Below are positions 1 to 14,534 of a DNA stretch of 64,000 bases, in pieces. Each line of letters opens with the position of its first letter. The first letter of the stretch is position 1. The stretch spans positions 586,429 through 650,428 of the forward strand of contig CAVTGS010000012.1 of assembly GCA_963734295.1 (NCBI GenBank), given 5' to 3'. The translations under genes were made by a program, and so were the position numbers. Below the pieces are notes generated by a model. That model made no database searches and had not been told where the DNA came from. It worked only from the letters and a program-made list of their open reading frames with translations. Source of the DNA: an uncultured beta proteobacterium. GTDB lineage: Bacteria > Pseudomonadota > Gammaproteobacteria > Burkholderiales > JAEUMW01.

Positions 1-47
1 TGGTGGCCGAGGCCGAGCTCATGTGCACCGTGCGCTCGCTGAAATGA
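1..47 (+). CDS. fabZ: 3-hydroxyacyl-ACP dehydratase FabZ, 3' end (partial, runs off window start)
   Basis: Reading from nt 3 gives ...[14 protein letters not shown]. The TGA at 45-47 overlaps the lpxA ATG (ATGA). Position upstream of lpxA-lpxB matches the canonical lipid A cluster. Confidence 0.5.
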   Translation, partial: VAEAELMCTVRSLK

Positions 48-814
48 TTCATCCGACCGCGATCGTCCACCCCGGCGCCCGCCTGGCGTCCGACGTGGTG
101 GTCGGGCCGTATACGATCATCGGCGACGAAGTCGAGATCGACGCCGGCAGCTCGATCGGCGCGCACGCCGTCATCCAGGGTCCGACCCGCATCGGTCGCG
201 ATAACCGCATCTTCCACTTCGTCTCCCTGGGCGAGATACCTCAGGACAAGAAGTACCGCGGCGAGCACACGGCGCTCGAAATCGGCGACGGCAACACCAT
301 CCGCGAATTCTGCACCTTCAATCGCGGCACGCTGCAGGACGCCGGCGTCACCCGCGTCGGCAACGACAACTGGATCATGGCGTACGTGCATCTCGCGCAC
401 GACTGCCAGGTCGGCAGCCACACCGTCTTCGCCAACAACGCGCAGCTTGCGGGGCACGTGCAGGTGGGCGACCACGCCATCCTCGGCGGTTTCACGGTCG
501 TACATCAGTACGTCCACATCGGCACGCACGCCATCACGGCGATGGGCACGATCGTGCTGCAGGACATCCCGCCCTTCGTGACCGCCGCCGGGAATACCGC
601 AAAGCCGCACGGAATCAATTCGGAGGGGCTGAAGCGGCGCGGCTTCAGCGCCGGGACCATCACCCAGATCAAGCGCGCGTACAAGAGCCTCTACCGCTCG
701 GGGCTCTCCCTCGAAGATGCGCGCCGCGACATCGCTACGCAGCTCATCGAGTGCGCTGCGCTCAAGCCGCTGGTCGATTTTCTCGATCAGTCGAGCCGCG
801 CCATCATCCGCTAA
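44..814 (+). CDS. lpxA: UDP-N-acetylglucosamine O-acyltransferase LpxA
   Basis: ORF track 23..814; ATG at 44 ([14 protein letters not shown]...) is the preferred start. Hexapeptide-repeat left-handed beta-helix pattern throughout. Followed by lpxB. Confidence 0.9.
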   Translation: MIHPTAIVHPGARLASDVVVGPYTIIGDEVEIDAGSSIGAHAVIQGPTRIGRDNRIFHFVSLGEIPQDKKYRGEHTALEIGDGNTIREFCTFNRGTLQDAGVTRVGNDNWIMAYVHLAHDCQVGSHTVFANNAQLAGHVQVGDHAILGGFTVVHQYVHIGTHAITAMGTIVLQDIPPFVTAAGNTAKPHGINSEGLKRRGFSAGTITQIKRAYKSLYRSGLSLEDARRDIATQLIECAALKPLVDFLDQSSRAIIR

Positions 815-819
815 GGCCC

Positions 820-2022
820 ATGAGCGCCGCCAGAACACTGCGCATCGGCATCGTGGCCGGGGAAGCCTCCGGCGACCAGCTCGGCAGCCACCTCATGCAG
901 GCGACGCAACAGGCTTTTCCCGGTGCCGCGTTCTTCGGCATCGGCGGCCCGAAGATGCAGGCCCGCGGCATGGATGTCTGGTTCCCCATGGAGAAGCTCG
1001 CGGTGCGCGGCTTCGTCGAGGTGCTGAAGCACTACCGCGAAATCGTCGGCATCCGGCGCAAGCTGCGGGCGCGGCTGCTCGCCGCCAATCCTGACCTCTT
1101 CATCGGCATCGATGCGCCGGCGTTCAACATGGACCTCGAGACCGATCTGAAACGCGCGGGCATTCCCACCATCCACTACGTCTGCCCGCAGTTCTGGGCG
1201 TGGGATCGAGGCCGCCTGCCCGCCATTCAACGCGCGGTGTCGCGAATCCTGGCGCTCTTCCCGTTCGAGGTGCCGATGCTGGAGGAGGCGGGAATCCCTG
1301 CCACCTTCGTCGGGCACCCCTTGGCCGACCTCCTGCCGGAGCGGCCGGACCGCGAGGCCATGCGCGAGCAGATGCGGCTGCCGAAGGAGGGGCTGATCAT
1401 CGCCATGCTTCCCGGCAGTCGCCAGGTCGAGGTGAAGGCTATGGGCAGCCTCTTCGTCCAGGCGGCCCGTACGATCCTCGCGCAGAAGCCCGATGCGCAC
1501 TTCCTGGTGCCGCTGGTGAGCCGCGAGACCCGCGTCCTGTTCGAGACCGCGCTGTACCAGGACGCGGCCGACGGTCTGCCGCTCACGATGCTCTATGGCC
1601 ACGCTCACGACGCCATGATCGCAGCGGATGCGGTGCTCGTCGCCTCGGGCACGGCCACGCTCGAGGCCGCGCTCCTCAAGCGGCCGATGGTGATCACCTA
1701 CAAGCTGCCGAGCCTCACCTACTGGATCGCCAAGCGCCGCATTTATCTGCCCTATGTCGGACTCCCCAACGTGCTGGCTGGCGAGTTCATCGTGCCAGAG
1801 CTCATTCAGGACGACGCCACGCCGGAAAGCCTCGCGGATGCCATGGTACGCATCCTGGACGACGCCGAGGGACGCAAGTCACTCGACGCTCGCTTCGTCG
1901 AGATGCACGATAGCCTGGGGCAGGATACGGCTCAACGCGTCGTCGAGGCGATCGCGCTCGTGCTCGGGGAGCGCATCCCGCCGGCGCGGACCGCGCGACG
2001 TCTCGCGCCGGAGGAAACTTGA
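820..2022 (+). CDS. lpxB: lipid-A-disaccharide synthase LpxB
   Basis: ORF 751..2022; internal ATG at 820 gives [22 protein letters not shown]..., the typical LpxB N-terminus. About 400 aa. Confidence 0.9.
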   Translation: MSAARTLRIGIVAGEASGDQLGSHLMQATQQAFPGAAFFGIGGPKMQARGMDVWFPMEKLAVRGFVEVLKHYREIVGIRRKLRARLLAANPDLFIGIDAPAFNMDLETDLKRAGIPTIHYVCPQFWAWDRGRLPAIQRAVSRILALFPFEVPMLEEAGIPATFVGHPLADLLPERPDREAMREQMRLPKEGLIIAMLPGSRQVEVKAMGSLFVQAARTILAQKPDAHFLVPLVSRETRVLFETALYQDAADGLPLTMLYGHAHDAMIAADAVLVASGTATLEAALLKRPMVITYKLPSLTYWIAKRRIYLPYVGLPNVLAGEFIVPELIQDDATPESLADAMVRILDDAEGRKSLDARFVEMHDSLGQDTAQRVVEAIALVLGERIPPARTARRLAPEET

Positions 2023-2609
2023 GCGATGCGCTGCTCGTCGTGTGCGGCATCGACGAGGCCGGCCGCGGGCCGCTCGCGGGGCCGGTCGTGGCGGCGGCGG
2101 TGATCCTCGACCCGCGGCGACCGATCGCCGGTCTGGCGGATTCCAAGCTGCTCTCGCCCAAGCGCCGCACGGTGCTCGCCGGACAGATCCGCGAACGAGC
2201 GCTTGCCTGGGCCCTGGGACGGGCGGAAGTCGACGAGATCGATTGCCTCAACATTCTGCACGCGACACTGCTCGCGATGCAGCGCGCCGCGGTGGCGCTC
2301 GGCGTCGCACCGGCGACGGTGCTGGTCGACGGCAACCGCTGCCCCGATCTGCCCTTCCCGGCGCGGGCGGTGGTGCGGGGAGATGCAGCGGTCCCGTGCA
2401 TCTCGGCCGCATCCATTCTGGCGAAGACCGCACGCGACGCGGAAATGCAGGCATTGCACGCGCGCTTCCCCGATTACGGTTTCGACGTCCACAAAGGCTA
2501 TCCGACCGCTGCGCACGTCGCCGCGCTGCGCCGGCACGGGGCATCGCCCGTACATCGCAAGTCGTTCCACCCGATCTGTGATCTCCTGCGCCAGAGTGCG
2601 CTGCTGTGA
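2019..2609 (+). CDS. rnhB: ribonuclease HII
   Basis: 196 aa with the [19 protein letters not shown] motif. Start overlaps the lpxB stop. lpxB-rnhB order is conserved. Confidence 0.9.
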   Translation: MSDALLVVCGIDEAGRGPLAGPVVAAAVILDPRRPIAGLADSKLLSPKRRTVLAGQIRERALAWALGRAEVDEIDCLNILHATLLAMQRAAVALGVAPATVLVDGNRCPDLPFPARAVVRGDAAVPCISAASILAKTARDAEMQALHARFPDYGFDVHKGYPTAAHVAALRRHGASPVHRKSFHPICDLLRQSALL

Positions 2610-3061
2610 AGATCGCCGTCTTCTTTCACGTGCTCGGGGTAGTGGTCTGGGTCGGCGGCATGTTCTTCGCCTACATGGCGCTGCGCCCTGCCGCGGCGCA
2701 GCTGCTCGAACCGCCGCAGCGACTTGCCCTCTGGCAGGAAACGCTACGGCGATTCTTCAACTGGGTGTGGCTCGCCGTGGCGCTCGTGCTCGCGAGCGGG
2801 CTCTGGATGCTGTTGCGCATGGGCGGCTTCGCGGGAGCGCCCGCCTATGTTTACATCATGCTGCTGCTCGGTCTCGTGATGATCGTGATTTTCGCGCACG
2901 TTTTCTTCGCGCCCTTCAAGCGTCTTACCGCGAACGTCGCAGCCAAAGACTGGAAAGCTGCGGGCGCGGCGCTGAACGAGATCCGTAAGCGGGTCGCGCT
3001 CAACCTCGCCCTCGGCCTTCTCACCATTACCGTCGCGACGGCGGGGGCGGCCCTCCTCTGA
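2606..3061 (+). CDS. small integral membrane protein (4 predicted hydrophobic segments, CopD-like/unknown function)
   Basis: 151-aa ORF with four hydrophobic stretches ([73 protein letters not shown]). Start overlaps the rnhB stop. Confidence 0.55.
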   Translation: MKIAVFFHVLGVVVWVGGMFFAYMALRPAAAQLLEPPQRLALWQETLRRFFNWVWLAVALVLASGLWMLLRMGGFAGAPAYVYIMLLLGLVMIVIFAHVFFAPFKRLTANVAAKDWKAAGAALNEIRKRVALNLALGLLTITVATAGAALL

Positions 3062-3093
3062 CGGCTGCGCGGACGGCGGCCGCGTTCTCCAAC

Positions 3094-3876
3094 GTGAAGC
3101 ACATCGCGTCCTCTGCCAATCCGCTCTACCGCACGCTCTACAAGCTCGCGCGTTCGAGCCGGGAGCGCCGCAAACAGGCGCTCACCCTGATCGACGGCGT
3201 CCACCTGCTCGACGCGTATCTGCGCCAACGCGGCACGCCGCAACAGGTTCTCGTGGCGCAGACCGGGTCGAGCAGTGAGATCACGGCAGTGATCGAGCGG
3301 CTGCCGGCGCCACCGGTCGTCCTGGCCGACGCGCTCTTCGAATCGTTGACCGAGCTCAGGAGCCCGTCCGGCATCCTCGCGGTGATCCGGATTCCCAGCC
3401 CGCAGGCGCCTGCGCCGCCAGGCTGCTGGCTGCTCCTCGAAGACATCCAGGACCCCGGCAATCTCGGCTCCATTCTGCGGTCGGCAGCGGCCGCCGGCGC
3501 AAGCGATGCGTGGCTGTCGCAGGGATGCGCGGACGTCTGGTCGCCGAAGGTGTTGCGGGCAGGAATGGGCGCGCATTTCTCGTTGCGTCTTCACGACCGC
3601 GCCGATCTCGCCAACGCCGCGCTGCGCTGCACCGGGCGCGTCGTGGCTCTGACGGCGGATGGCGCCCGATCGATCTTCGAGCTCGATCTGACCGGGCCCA
3701 CGGCCTTTGCCCTGGGCAACGAGGGGGCAGGGCTCTCGGGGCCGCTGTGCGAGGCGGCGACCGAGCGCGCCGCCATACCGATGGCGGGGCACACGGAGTC
3801 GCTGAACGTCGCCGCGGCAGCGGCGATCTGCCTCTTCGAGCGGGTGCGGCAGATCGCCTCTGCCTGCGCTCGGTAG
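3094..3876 (+). CDS. TrmH/SpoU-family RNA 2'-O-methyltransferase
   Basis: 260 aa with SpoU motifs LLEDIQDPGNLGSILRSAAAAG, ALGNEGAGLS and IPMAGHTESLNVAAAAAICLFE. Confidence 0.85.
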   Translation: MKHIASSANPLYRTLYKLARSSRERRKQALTLIDGVHLLDAYLRQRGTPQQVLVAQTGSSSEITAVIERLPAPPVVLADALFESLTELRSPSGILAVIRIPSPQAPAPPGCWLLLEDIQDPGNLGSILRSAAAAGASDAWLSQGCADVWSPKVLRAGMGAHFSLRLHDRADLANAALRCTGRVVALTADGARSIFELDLTGPTAFALGNEGAGLSGPLCEAATERAAIPMAGHTESLNVAAAAAICLFERVRQIASACAR

Positions 3877-3884
3877 GGCCCGGG

Positions 3885-4085
3885 TCAGGCCTTCGACGTC
3901 GAGCAGGTCTTGATGCCGAGCAGCGTGTAAGCCGGACACCAGCGCATGAGCGCCGTGAAGAGCGGCACCGCGCCGATGAGCCCCCACCACTTCGCATCGC
4001 CCTGGACGAAAACGAGCATGCTGAGGAGCCCGAGACCGACGATGATTCGCAGTGCGCGATCGATGCCACCTACGTTCGTTTGCAT
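3885..4085 (-). CDS. DUF2892 (YgaP-like) small membrane protein
   Basis: 66 aa MQTNVGGIDRALRIIVGLGLL...LMRWCPAYTLLGIKTC, the characteristic DUF2892 pattern. Confidence 0.7.
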   Translation of the reverse strand: MQTNVGGIDRALRIIVGLGLLSMLVFVQGDAKWWGLIGAVPLFTALMRWCPAYTLLGIKTCSTSKA

Positions 4086-4150
4086 GATTTCCTCCCGCAG
4101 TAAGAGTGATAAACACCGGGTCCAGCCTAGTCCCGACGCTCGAACTCGTC

Positions 4151-4166
4151 TGTAACCCAGGTCACA
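4151..4166. promoter_or_regulatory. CRP-type palindrome TGTAA-N6-TCACA upstream of the DUF2892 gene
   Basis: tgtaacccaggtcaca differs at one position from TGTGA-N6-TCACA. Centred about 73 bp upstream of the DUF2892 start (4085) and 11 bp downstream of the stop of the adjacent Crp/Fnr-family gene. Confidence 0.4.
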
Positions 4167-4176
4167 CGCACCCCCC

Positions 4177-4899
4177 TCAACCGTGCTCCTCGGCGAAGCG
4201 CCGCAAGCGCTCCACGTCCTTCACCTCGACCCGCTCCCGCCCGAGGCCGACAAACCCCTGCTCCTCGAAGCTCTTCAGAAGGCGGCTAACGATTTCGCGC
4301 ACGCTGCCGAGCTCGTCCGCCAGGTCCTGATGCGTGGCCCGGACCTCCGGCGCACGGGCGACCAGCAGAGACGCCAGGCGGCGGTCGAGTCGCTGGAACG
4401 CAACTTCATCCACACGCCGCATGAGGTCGACGACGCGCTCGGAAAAGGTCGAGAACACGAGCGTCCGAAACGGCCCGCAGTGCGCGAGCAGATTGTTGAA
4501 GAGAGGTGCACCGAGCGCGAGGAGCTCGGTCTCGCCCTCGGTGGCCCCGCTGGCGGCGTAGGAGGCTTCACCGAGGAGGCAGCTCGTGGTGAGCACGCAG
4601 AGCTCACCGGGCAGCACCCGGTACAGCACGAGCTGCCGACCGGACGGCGAGTGCTTGAAGACCTTGATGGCACCAGTCAGAACGAGAGGAAACGACCCGC
4701 ACGGGCCGTGCTCGTCGAACACCCGGACGCCTGCGGGCAGGACGAGGTGTTTTCCCGCGCGTACCATTTCCGCGAGCGCCGCCGGCGAAAGCTGCGCCAG
4801 GCGCGGGAAACGCGCGCAGAGGGTTGCGGCGAGCGCGCTTGCTCGAGCATCCGTAGCGTTCACCCCCGATGTGTCTGGCACGTCGTCGGGACTCATCAT
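4177..4899 (-). CDS. Crp/Fnr-family transcriptional regulator
   Basis: 240 aa with a cNMP-binding-like beta-barrel region and a C-terminal HTH ...THQDLADELGSVREIVSRLLKSFEEQGFV. The recognition helix carries a CRP-like R-E-x-x-S-R pattern. Confidence 0.85.
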   Translation of the reverse strand: MMSPDDVPDTSGVNATDARASALAATLCARFPRLAQLSPAALAEMVRAGKHLVLPAGVRVFDEHGPCGSFPLVLTGAIKVFKHSPSGRQLVLYRVLPGELCVLTTSCLLGEASYAASGATEGETELLALGAPLFNNLLAHCGPFRTLVFSTFSERVVDLMRRVDEVAFQRLDRRLASLLVARAPEVRATHQDLADELGSVREIVSRLLKSFEEQGFVGLGRERVEVKDVERLRRFAEEHG

Positions 4900-4955
4900 C
4901 GTGCGTCAAATTGAGGGGGCATCACGATTGAGCTATGATACCGAAGCGCAGGTGA

Positions 4956-6644
<1,689 letters not shown>

Positions 6645-6651
6645 GGCGGCC

Positions 6652-8831
<2,180 letters not shown>

Positions 8832-9116
8832 ATGCGTCACTTGAGCGTCCTGCTGCTCGTGGTTATCGCCGGATTGCAGTTCTCGCTCTGGTTCGGAAAG
8901 GGCGGCTGGATGAGGGTCTGGGACGTCGATCGGCAGCTCCAGGCACAGCGCGAAGCGAATCACGGGCTCAAGCTGCGCAACGCAGCCCTGGAGGCGGAGG
9001 TGCGGGATCTCAAGCAGGGCCTGCACGCGGTCGAAGAGCGGGCACGGAACGACCTCGGACTCACGCGGCACGACGAGATCTTCGTGCAGATCCTGGAGGA
9101 TCGGCTTTCGCGCTAG
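8832..9116 (+). CDS. ftsB: cell division protein FtsB
   Basis: 94 aa with an N-terminal TM segment and a coiled coil (...[11 protein letters not shown]...[14 protein letters not shown]...[10 protein letters not shown]). Immediately follows eno. Confidence 0.85.
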   Translation: MRHLSVLLLVVIAGLQFSLWFGKGGWMRVWDVDRQLQAQREANHGLKLRNAALEAEVRDLKQGLHAVEERARNDLGLTRHDEIFVQILEDRLSR

Positions 9117-9157
9117 CCCGCGGGTTCTTCGTTCGAACGTAATAGAGCCGCGCGCCG

Positions 9158-12100
9158 TCACGCGGCGGCAGCGGATCCGGCAAGCACGCCCACGTGCCCG
9201 AGGAGCTCGCACTCTTCGTACGGTTTCCCCAGATAGATGTCCACGCCCAGCTGGCGGGCGTATTCCCGATGCTTTGGGGCGAGCCTCGACGTGATCATGA
9301 TGATCGGCAGACTCGACGTGCGCTGGCTCGACTTGAGGTTCCTGGTAAGCTCGAACCCGTCCATGCGTGGCATCTCGATATCCACGAGCAGGACGTCGGG
9401 CCTCGTTTCCTGAATCTGCTGTAGTGCGTCGAGGCCGTCGCGCGCCGTGGTGACGCGGTAGCCATGCCGGACGAGCAGGCGGCTCGTGACGTTCCGGACG
9501 GTGAGAGAGTCGTCGACCACCATGACCAGCGGGGTTACCGGCACCTGTTCAGTGCTCGTGTCGAGCGGGCGCGCCTGGCTGATCCGGCCCCGTTCCACGA
9601 GCGATGCAGGGTTCAGGACCAGCACGATCTCCCCGTTTGGCAGGACACTTGCGCCGTTGACGCCGGGCAGTCCGGCGAGTTGCGGTCCGATCTTCTTCAG
9701 GACGATGTCCTGGTTGACCACGAGCTGATCGACTAGCACCGCGAGCCGACGCTGCCCGCTGTGTATCAGCAATGCGAACCTCGAGCGGTCCTCCGCAGGC
9801 GCCATGACTTCCCCGAGCAGTTGCGGCAGGTAGAACACAGGATAGCGGTTACCCATCCACTCGAGCTCTTTGTCTGCACCGCGCTCAGAGAGTCTGCTCG
9901 TCGGAACTTCTTGTACCTGCTCGACGAGGTTCGACAGGATCGCCCAGCGACGGCCTCCCGAAGAAACGAGGAGTGCCTTCGCGACTGCAAGCGTAAGGGG
10001 CACGCGGATGGTGAACGTGGTCCCACGTCCTCTTTCCGTCGCAATGTCCAGACTCCCGCCAAGGCCGCGGACCTCGTTCGCTACCACGTCCATGCCCACG
10101 CCCCGACCCGCCAGCTCGCTCACTTTGGCTGCAGTCGAGAAACCCGGCCGCAAGAGCATCTGTTCGAGCTCGGAAGGGGAGGGCTCAGCGTCAGCCGCCA
10201 ACCAACCTAGCTCGATGGCCTTCCCGCGAACGCGATCGTGGTCGATACCGCGTCCGTCGTCGGCCACGGAAACCAGCAGATCGTTGGTCTCCTGGCGGAG
10301 CATGAGGCGAATCGTCCCCGCCTCGGGCTTACCTGCGCAGAGACGCTGGTCGATGTCTTCGATACCGTGAGTGACCGCATTTCGCACCAGGTGCTCGAGC
10401 GGAGCGGCAATGCGCTCCAGCACGCCGCGGTCGACTTCCGTTTGTCCCCCCGCAACTTCGAGTGCGGCCTTCTTCCCGGTCTCGCGAGCCGCTTGCCGTG
10501 CCACACGGTAGAGGCGTTCGACAACGTTCTCGAACGTCACGGTGCGCAGGCGCATGAGGTCGTCCTGCAGACTGCGGATCAGGCGGGACTCGGAGCTCAT
10601 CGCTGCCTGCATTTCACCCAGGCCGTCGACCAGATGCTGCTGCACCGTGGTCACGTCGTGAAGGCTTTCGGCCATGAGCCGGGTAAGTTCCTGAAACCTC
10701 GTGAAGCGGTCGAACTCCAGCGGATCGAACACGGCATCGTGCTCTGCCGCCTGATTCTGCGTCGCCTGCAAGCGGCTTTCCGCCTGGATCTCGATCTCTT
10801 TCAACTGGCCTCGAAGCCTGACGACGCTGTCGGTAAGCTCGATAAGAAACTGCTTGAAGGTCTGCGCTTCCACCTCGATGCGGGCGCGCGAGATGCTGAT
10901 CTCACCGGCCTGATTGAGCAGGCGATCCAGGGTATCCGCAGCCACGCGAATGTGCGCGGACAACGAGGGTGCCGCTTCGGCACCGGTGCGCTCTTGCGGC
11001 GTCCCGGCGGCCTGGGTCGCACTATCCGGGCTCGCCGCTGCCCTCGACGGGAGATCCTGTTCCGGTTCGCCGTGCTCCAGCGTGTCGAAGCCGCTCGTCA
11101 AGCGATCGAATTCTCCTTCCAGCAGGTCGAGGATCTCGGGGCTTAACGCGCCTCGATCGAACGCACCTTCCAGGCGCCCTTCCATGACGTGGACCAGTTC
11201 GCCGAGACGTATTGCCCCGACCATCCTCGCACCGCCCTTGATAGTGTGGAGTAGCCGCCGGAGCGAATCGAAAGCAGCCACGTCGTTCGGTTCGTTCCGC
11301 AGGTGTCGAAGATCCTCACCGATCAAAGGCCCGAGGTCGTGAATCTCATCCAGAAAGATCGGGAGCAGCTGCGCGTCGATGTCGTCCTTGAGCACCCGCC
11401 GCTCGGAAGCGCCCCTGGTTGTGCTGCCCGGCGGGGGCATATCGCCTGCGGGTTCGCCCGACGTCGCGGCGCTGCTGCTCGCGCCTTCGACCGAGGAACC
11501 TGCAGACCTCTCCGAATCGAGAGTGGTCGCCTGACGATCTCGCGCAGGCCATGGCGGCGGGGCGCCCGGAGAAGCAACGCCAAGCTCCCTGAACGCAGTC
11601 GCCTGCGCGATGAGATCTGCCCGTCGATCGTCTGTGAGCTCCGGTGTGTTTCCGGCCGCCACCGTGTCGACCAATTCTTCCAGGGTCACGACCGCCGACT
11701 GCAATGCCTCGAGTGTTCTTGTGCAATTGCCGCTACCGAGCGGCGCGTTCTCGATAACGCTGGTGACCACCGTGATGTCGGGGAAGCCCGCGGTGCGCGC
11801 GATGCCGCCCAGGGTGTGAGCGGCACGCGTCAGCGCCTCCCACGCTTGCGCGTCTGCCGTGGGACCAAGGGCTGCGAGCCCGACCCGCAGGACCGTGACA
11901 TTCTGGCGTGCTTCTTCGACGAAGATTCGGAAGAGCGGAGCAGGAAGCGTCGAGACCCCGAACATGACCGCGTCGGGCAGGGACTCGGCGGTGGGCACCG
12001 CAATTGTCATGTCCAGGGAAGCCATGGGAACGGTACCCACACCATCCAAGTCCGCAGTTTGCGCGGTATCATCGACTGGCCCTGCCAGCTCTTGGGCAAC

Positions 12101-14518
12101 CCGATCTGCCTCTGCTGAGAGATGTGCGGTTCGCACCACCGTGCGACCGCGCTGCGCCACATCGGCGATCCATCCTGAAAACAGGTCGCGACTCAACGCC
12201 GCCAGCCTGATCAAGTCCTCCGAAGCAGGCCGTTCGGCATCAAGCCACTGGTTCAGCAGCGACTCGATTGTCCAGGCCGCGTCGCCGATCGCGTGCAGAC
12301 CGGCCATTCTCCCGCTGCCCTTGAGGGTGTGATAGCTTCGCCGCAGAGTCGTGAGATTGGCCCAGTCAGTGGGTTGCGCGCGCGCGCGCGCGAGGAGCTC
12401 GCCCATGGCATCGAGAAGCTCGTGCGCTTCCTCGATGAAGATGGACACGATTTCTGGATCAACGCCTTCGGCCGTCGCGTCCACCTCGATACCATCGGAA
12501 TCGGTGTCGCCCGCCAGCATCGAAGCACCGCAGTGCAAAGTGTCGAGCGGCTCCGTCAGACCGACCAGAACGTCCGCATTCGAATGGGGCGCGATCGCTG
12601 CCTCAGGCTCGTCCTGAAGCGCGCTCAGATCGAAGTGATCGAGGATCTCAGCCAGCTCTGCTTTGGTGACTTCTTCCCCGTAACGGAACGCCTCGGACAC
12701 GGCTCCTTCACTGCAGGTCATTGCAGCCTGCAGATCGAAGTCGAGCTCGCCGGGTTGCGTGGTTTGGAGCTCTTCGGTACAAGTCTGGAAATCGGGGACG
12801 CAGGATGAGGCGAGGAGAGCTTCCCGGGCGTCGAAGCGAGCGAGGATTGTTTCCACAGCCCGCAGCTCGTCCTCGTTTCCAAGGTTGAGCCCCTGCACGA
12901 AAAGCATCACGCTGCTCAGTCCTTCGGCCAGCAGCACGGTTTCCTCTTCGGAAATGCCGCGGGCGGGATCTTCCAGCACCGCAACTATCGAACTGCAACG
13001 ATCCATGAGCTGTGCAGCGGATTCCACGCCAAGGACGCTGAGCGCCCCGGTAACGCTTTGCAGCAGCCCCCGAAGTTCCGCGAGGGGAGGTATCGGAAGC
13101 TGATCACGGAAGAACGCATCGAGGCTCCGTTCTACCTGCTGCAGCGTGGCCGATATCTCACTGGCGACAACTCTGAGCAGCTCCCGATCCTGCTGCCGCG
13201 GGAGCAATGGCGCGCAGGTCATGCCGCCGTCTTCGGTTGCGTCTGCCCGCATAGGCGAGACGCATGCGAGCAACCGCTCGCGAATGGCTTGGAGCTCCGC
13301 GGCGGCCTCGTGTGTTGCAAAGTCGTGGCTTAGCCGAGTTCTCTCGACGATCATCATCGCCTCGGTCATCTCGAGGATGACGGCGGCCCTCTGCTCGGGG
13401 CTCAAGACGACGAGCTCTGCCGCGACCGACTGCATTGCTTCCAACAGCATGCTGAGGGGTAGGCTTCCAAGCCCGGCGGCAAGCTCAGCCAGTCTTGCCA
13501 AGCATGCTTGAAGCTCTCCAGCCTCTACTGGTGAGCAGTCCGGTCCGGTCCAGGCATGTCTGGCGAGAGTGAGAAGATCCTGGGCCTCACGGAGAACCGG
13601 CTCGAGCTTCGTGGCATCGATCTCGACGACGTTGGCCGTTCCTGAGGGTGCAAAGTAGCGATCGAGTTCATAAAGCGACTTCACGTCCCGAACGAGCTGG
13701 GTCACCGGTTGGCAATGCGCCAGGTGGAATAGCAGCTCGCGCATCAAATCGTCGCTCGCCCCCATTCCTGCGGCAAACGCCGCCAGATAACGGTCGATCT
13801 TACCTGCCGCGCGCTTGGTTTCGGCCGCGCTCGGTAATCCCCCATGCAATAGTCCTTCGACGAACGCGGAGGCCACCCACCAAGGGGCCCGAATGTCCGG
13901 CGCCGGCTGGGCGCGCTCGATCTCCTGGAGCGCATCCCGCATCCGCGCGAGACCGTTCTCCGACTGACGCAGCCAGCTCAGCATCCCACGTTGGAAGTGG
14001 CTGCGCTGGATCTTCACCAGGTCATGGAGCGCGTCGCCCTCCAGCAACATACCGGAGGCGAGCAGAGGAGGGAAGACGTTCAGGTCCGGATGAACCAGGG
14101 ATCGGTCGTCCGCCGATTCGCCACCCCGCGCACGCACCAACTCGTTCATGAGCGGGAGCAGGCACATTGCGTTCTCGGGCGCGCCAGCCATCAGCTCGCA
14201 CAGGTACTGCTCTAGCCGCGCGCTGGCTCGATCGACGAGATCCTTTACTTCCGGGGTCGGTGTCACTTCCTCCTTCGCCAGTGCTTCAAGGACCGTGTCC
14301 ATCTCCTTCGAAAACCTTCCAACCGCCTCCATGCCGATGATCTGGAGGGCACCCGTAACCTCTCGCACCGACGCCAGCGCTGCCGACAGGGCATCTGCGT
14401 TTCGGAGCGGCTCTGCAAAGTAGGTCGCCACAGAGGAGCGGACCCGCCCGAGCGCGAAATCGATCTCGGGCTTGACCCACGTGAGGGGCCCGGGCTGGGT
14501 CGCGAGACTGGCAGTCAT
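9158..14518 (-). CDS. chpA: hybrid CheA-type histidine kinase of the Pil-Chp system (multi-Hpt, HATPase, CheW-like, C-terminal receiver)
   Basis: Track ORF 9158..14587; preferred ATG at 14518 (MTASLATQPG...). Three canonical Hpt motifs (SYHTLKGSGRMAGL, AAHTLGGIARTAGF, LLHTIKGGARMVGA) plus degenerate Hpt-like repeats upstream. HATPase G-boxes (DDGRGID, GRGVGMDVV), a CheW-like domain and a receiver (VMVVDDSLTVR...DVLLVDIEMPRMDG...K). Lies downstream of pilJ. Confidence 0.85.
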   Translation of the reverse strand: MTASLATQPGPLTWVKPEIDFALGRVRSSVATYFAEPLRNADALSAALASVREVTGALQIIGMEAVGRFSKEMDTVLEALAKEEVTPTPEVKDLVDRASARLEQYLCELMAGAPENAMCLLPLMNELVRARGGESADDRSLVHPDLNVFPPLLASGMLLEGDALHDLVKIQRSHFQRGMLSWLRQSENGLARMRDALQEIERAQPAPDIRAPWWVASAFVEGLLHGGLPSAAETKRAAGKIDRYLAAFAAGMGASDDLMRELLFHLAHCQPVTQLVRDVKSLYELDRYFAPSGTANVVEIDATKLEPVLREAQDLLTLARHAWTGPDCSPVEAGELQACLARLAELAAGLGSLPLSMLLEAMQSVAAELVVLSPEQRAAVILEMTEAMMIVERTRLSHDFATHEAAAELQAIRERLLACVSPMRADATEDGGMTCAPLLPRQQDRELLRVVASEISATLQQVERSLDAFFRDQLPIPPLAELRGLLQSVTGALSVLGVESAAQLMDRCSSIVAVLEDPARGISEEETVLLAEGLSSVMLFVQGLNLGNEDELRAVETILARFDAREALLASSCVPDFQTCTEELQTTQPGELDFDLQAAMTCSEGAVSEAFRYGEEVTKAELAEILDHFDLSALQDEPEAAIAPHSNADVLVGLTEPLDTLHCGASMLAGDTDSDGIEVDATAEGVDPEIVSIFIEEAHELLDAMGELLARARAQPTDWANLTTLRRSYHTLKGSGRMAGLHAIGDAAWTIESLLNQWLDAERPASEDLIRLAALSRDLFSGWIADVAQRGRTVVRTAHLSAEADRVAQELAGPVDDTAQTADLDGVGTVPMASLDMTIAVPTAESLPDAVMFGVSTLPAPLFRIFVEEARQNVTVLRVGLAALGPTADAQAWEALTRAAHTLGGIARTAGFPDITVVTSVIENAPLGSGNCTRTLEALQSAVVTLEELVDTVAAGNTPELTDDRRADLIAQATAFRELGVASPGAPPPWPARDRQATTLDSERSAGSSVEGASSSAATSGEPAGDMPPPGSTTRGASERRVLKDDIDAQLLPIFLDEIHDLGPLIGEDLRHLRNEPNDVAAFDSLRRLLHTIKGGARMVGAIRLGELVHVMEGRLEGAFDRGALSPEILDLLEGEFDRLTSGFDTLEHGEPEQDLPSRAAASPDSATQAAGTPQERTGAEAAPSLSAHIRVAADTLDRLLNQAGEISISRARIEVEAQTFKQFLIELTDSVVRLRGQLKEIEIQAESRLQATQNQAAEHDAVFDPLEFDRFTRFQELTRLMAESLHDVTTVQQHLVDGLGEMQAAMSSESRLIRSLQDDLMRLRTVTFENVVERLYRVARQAARETGKKAALEVAGGQTEVDRGVLERIAAPLEHLVRNAVTHGIEDIDQRLCAGKPEAGTIRLMLRQETNDLLVSVADDGRGIDHDRVRGKAIELGWLAADAEPSPSELEQMLLRPGFSTAAKVSELAGRGVGMDVVANEVRGLGGSLDIATERGRGTTFTIRVPLTLAVAKALLVSSGGRRWAILSNLVEQVQEVPTSRLSERGADKELEWMGNRYPVFYLPQLLGEVMAPAEDRSRFALLIHSGQRRLAVLVDQLVVNQDIVLKKIGPQLAGLPGVNGASVLPNGEIVLVLNPASLVERGRISQARPLDTSTEQVPVTPLVMVVDDSLTVRNVTSRLLVRHGYRVTTARDGLDALQQIQETRPDVLLVDIEMPRMDGFELTRNLKSSQRTSSLPIIMITSRLAPKHREYARQLGVDIYLGKPYEECELLGHVGVLAGSAAAA

Positions 14519-14534
14519 AGGGTCTTTGCGGCCG

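Noticed and set aside
9147-9166. Hairpin GCCGCG-cgccgtca-CGCGGC in the convergent ftsB/chpA gap as a bidirectional terminator
   Set aside because: It is a short 6-bp stem with no U-tract on either strand, and its 3' arm overlaps the chpA stop codon. The evidence is insufficient.
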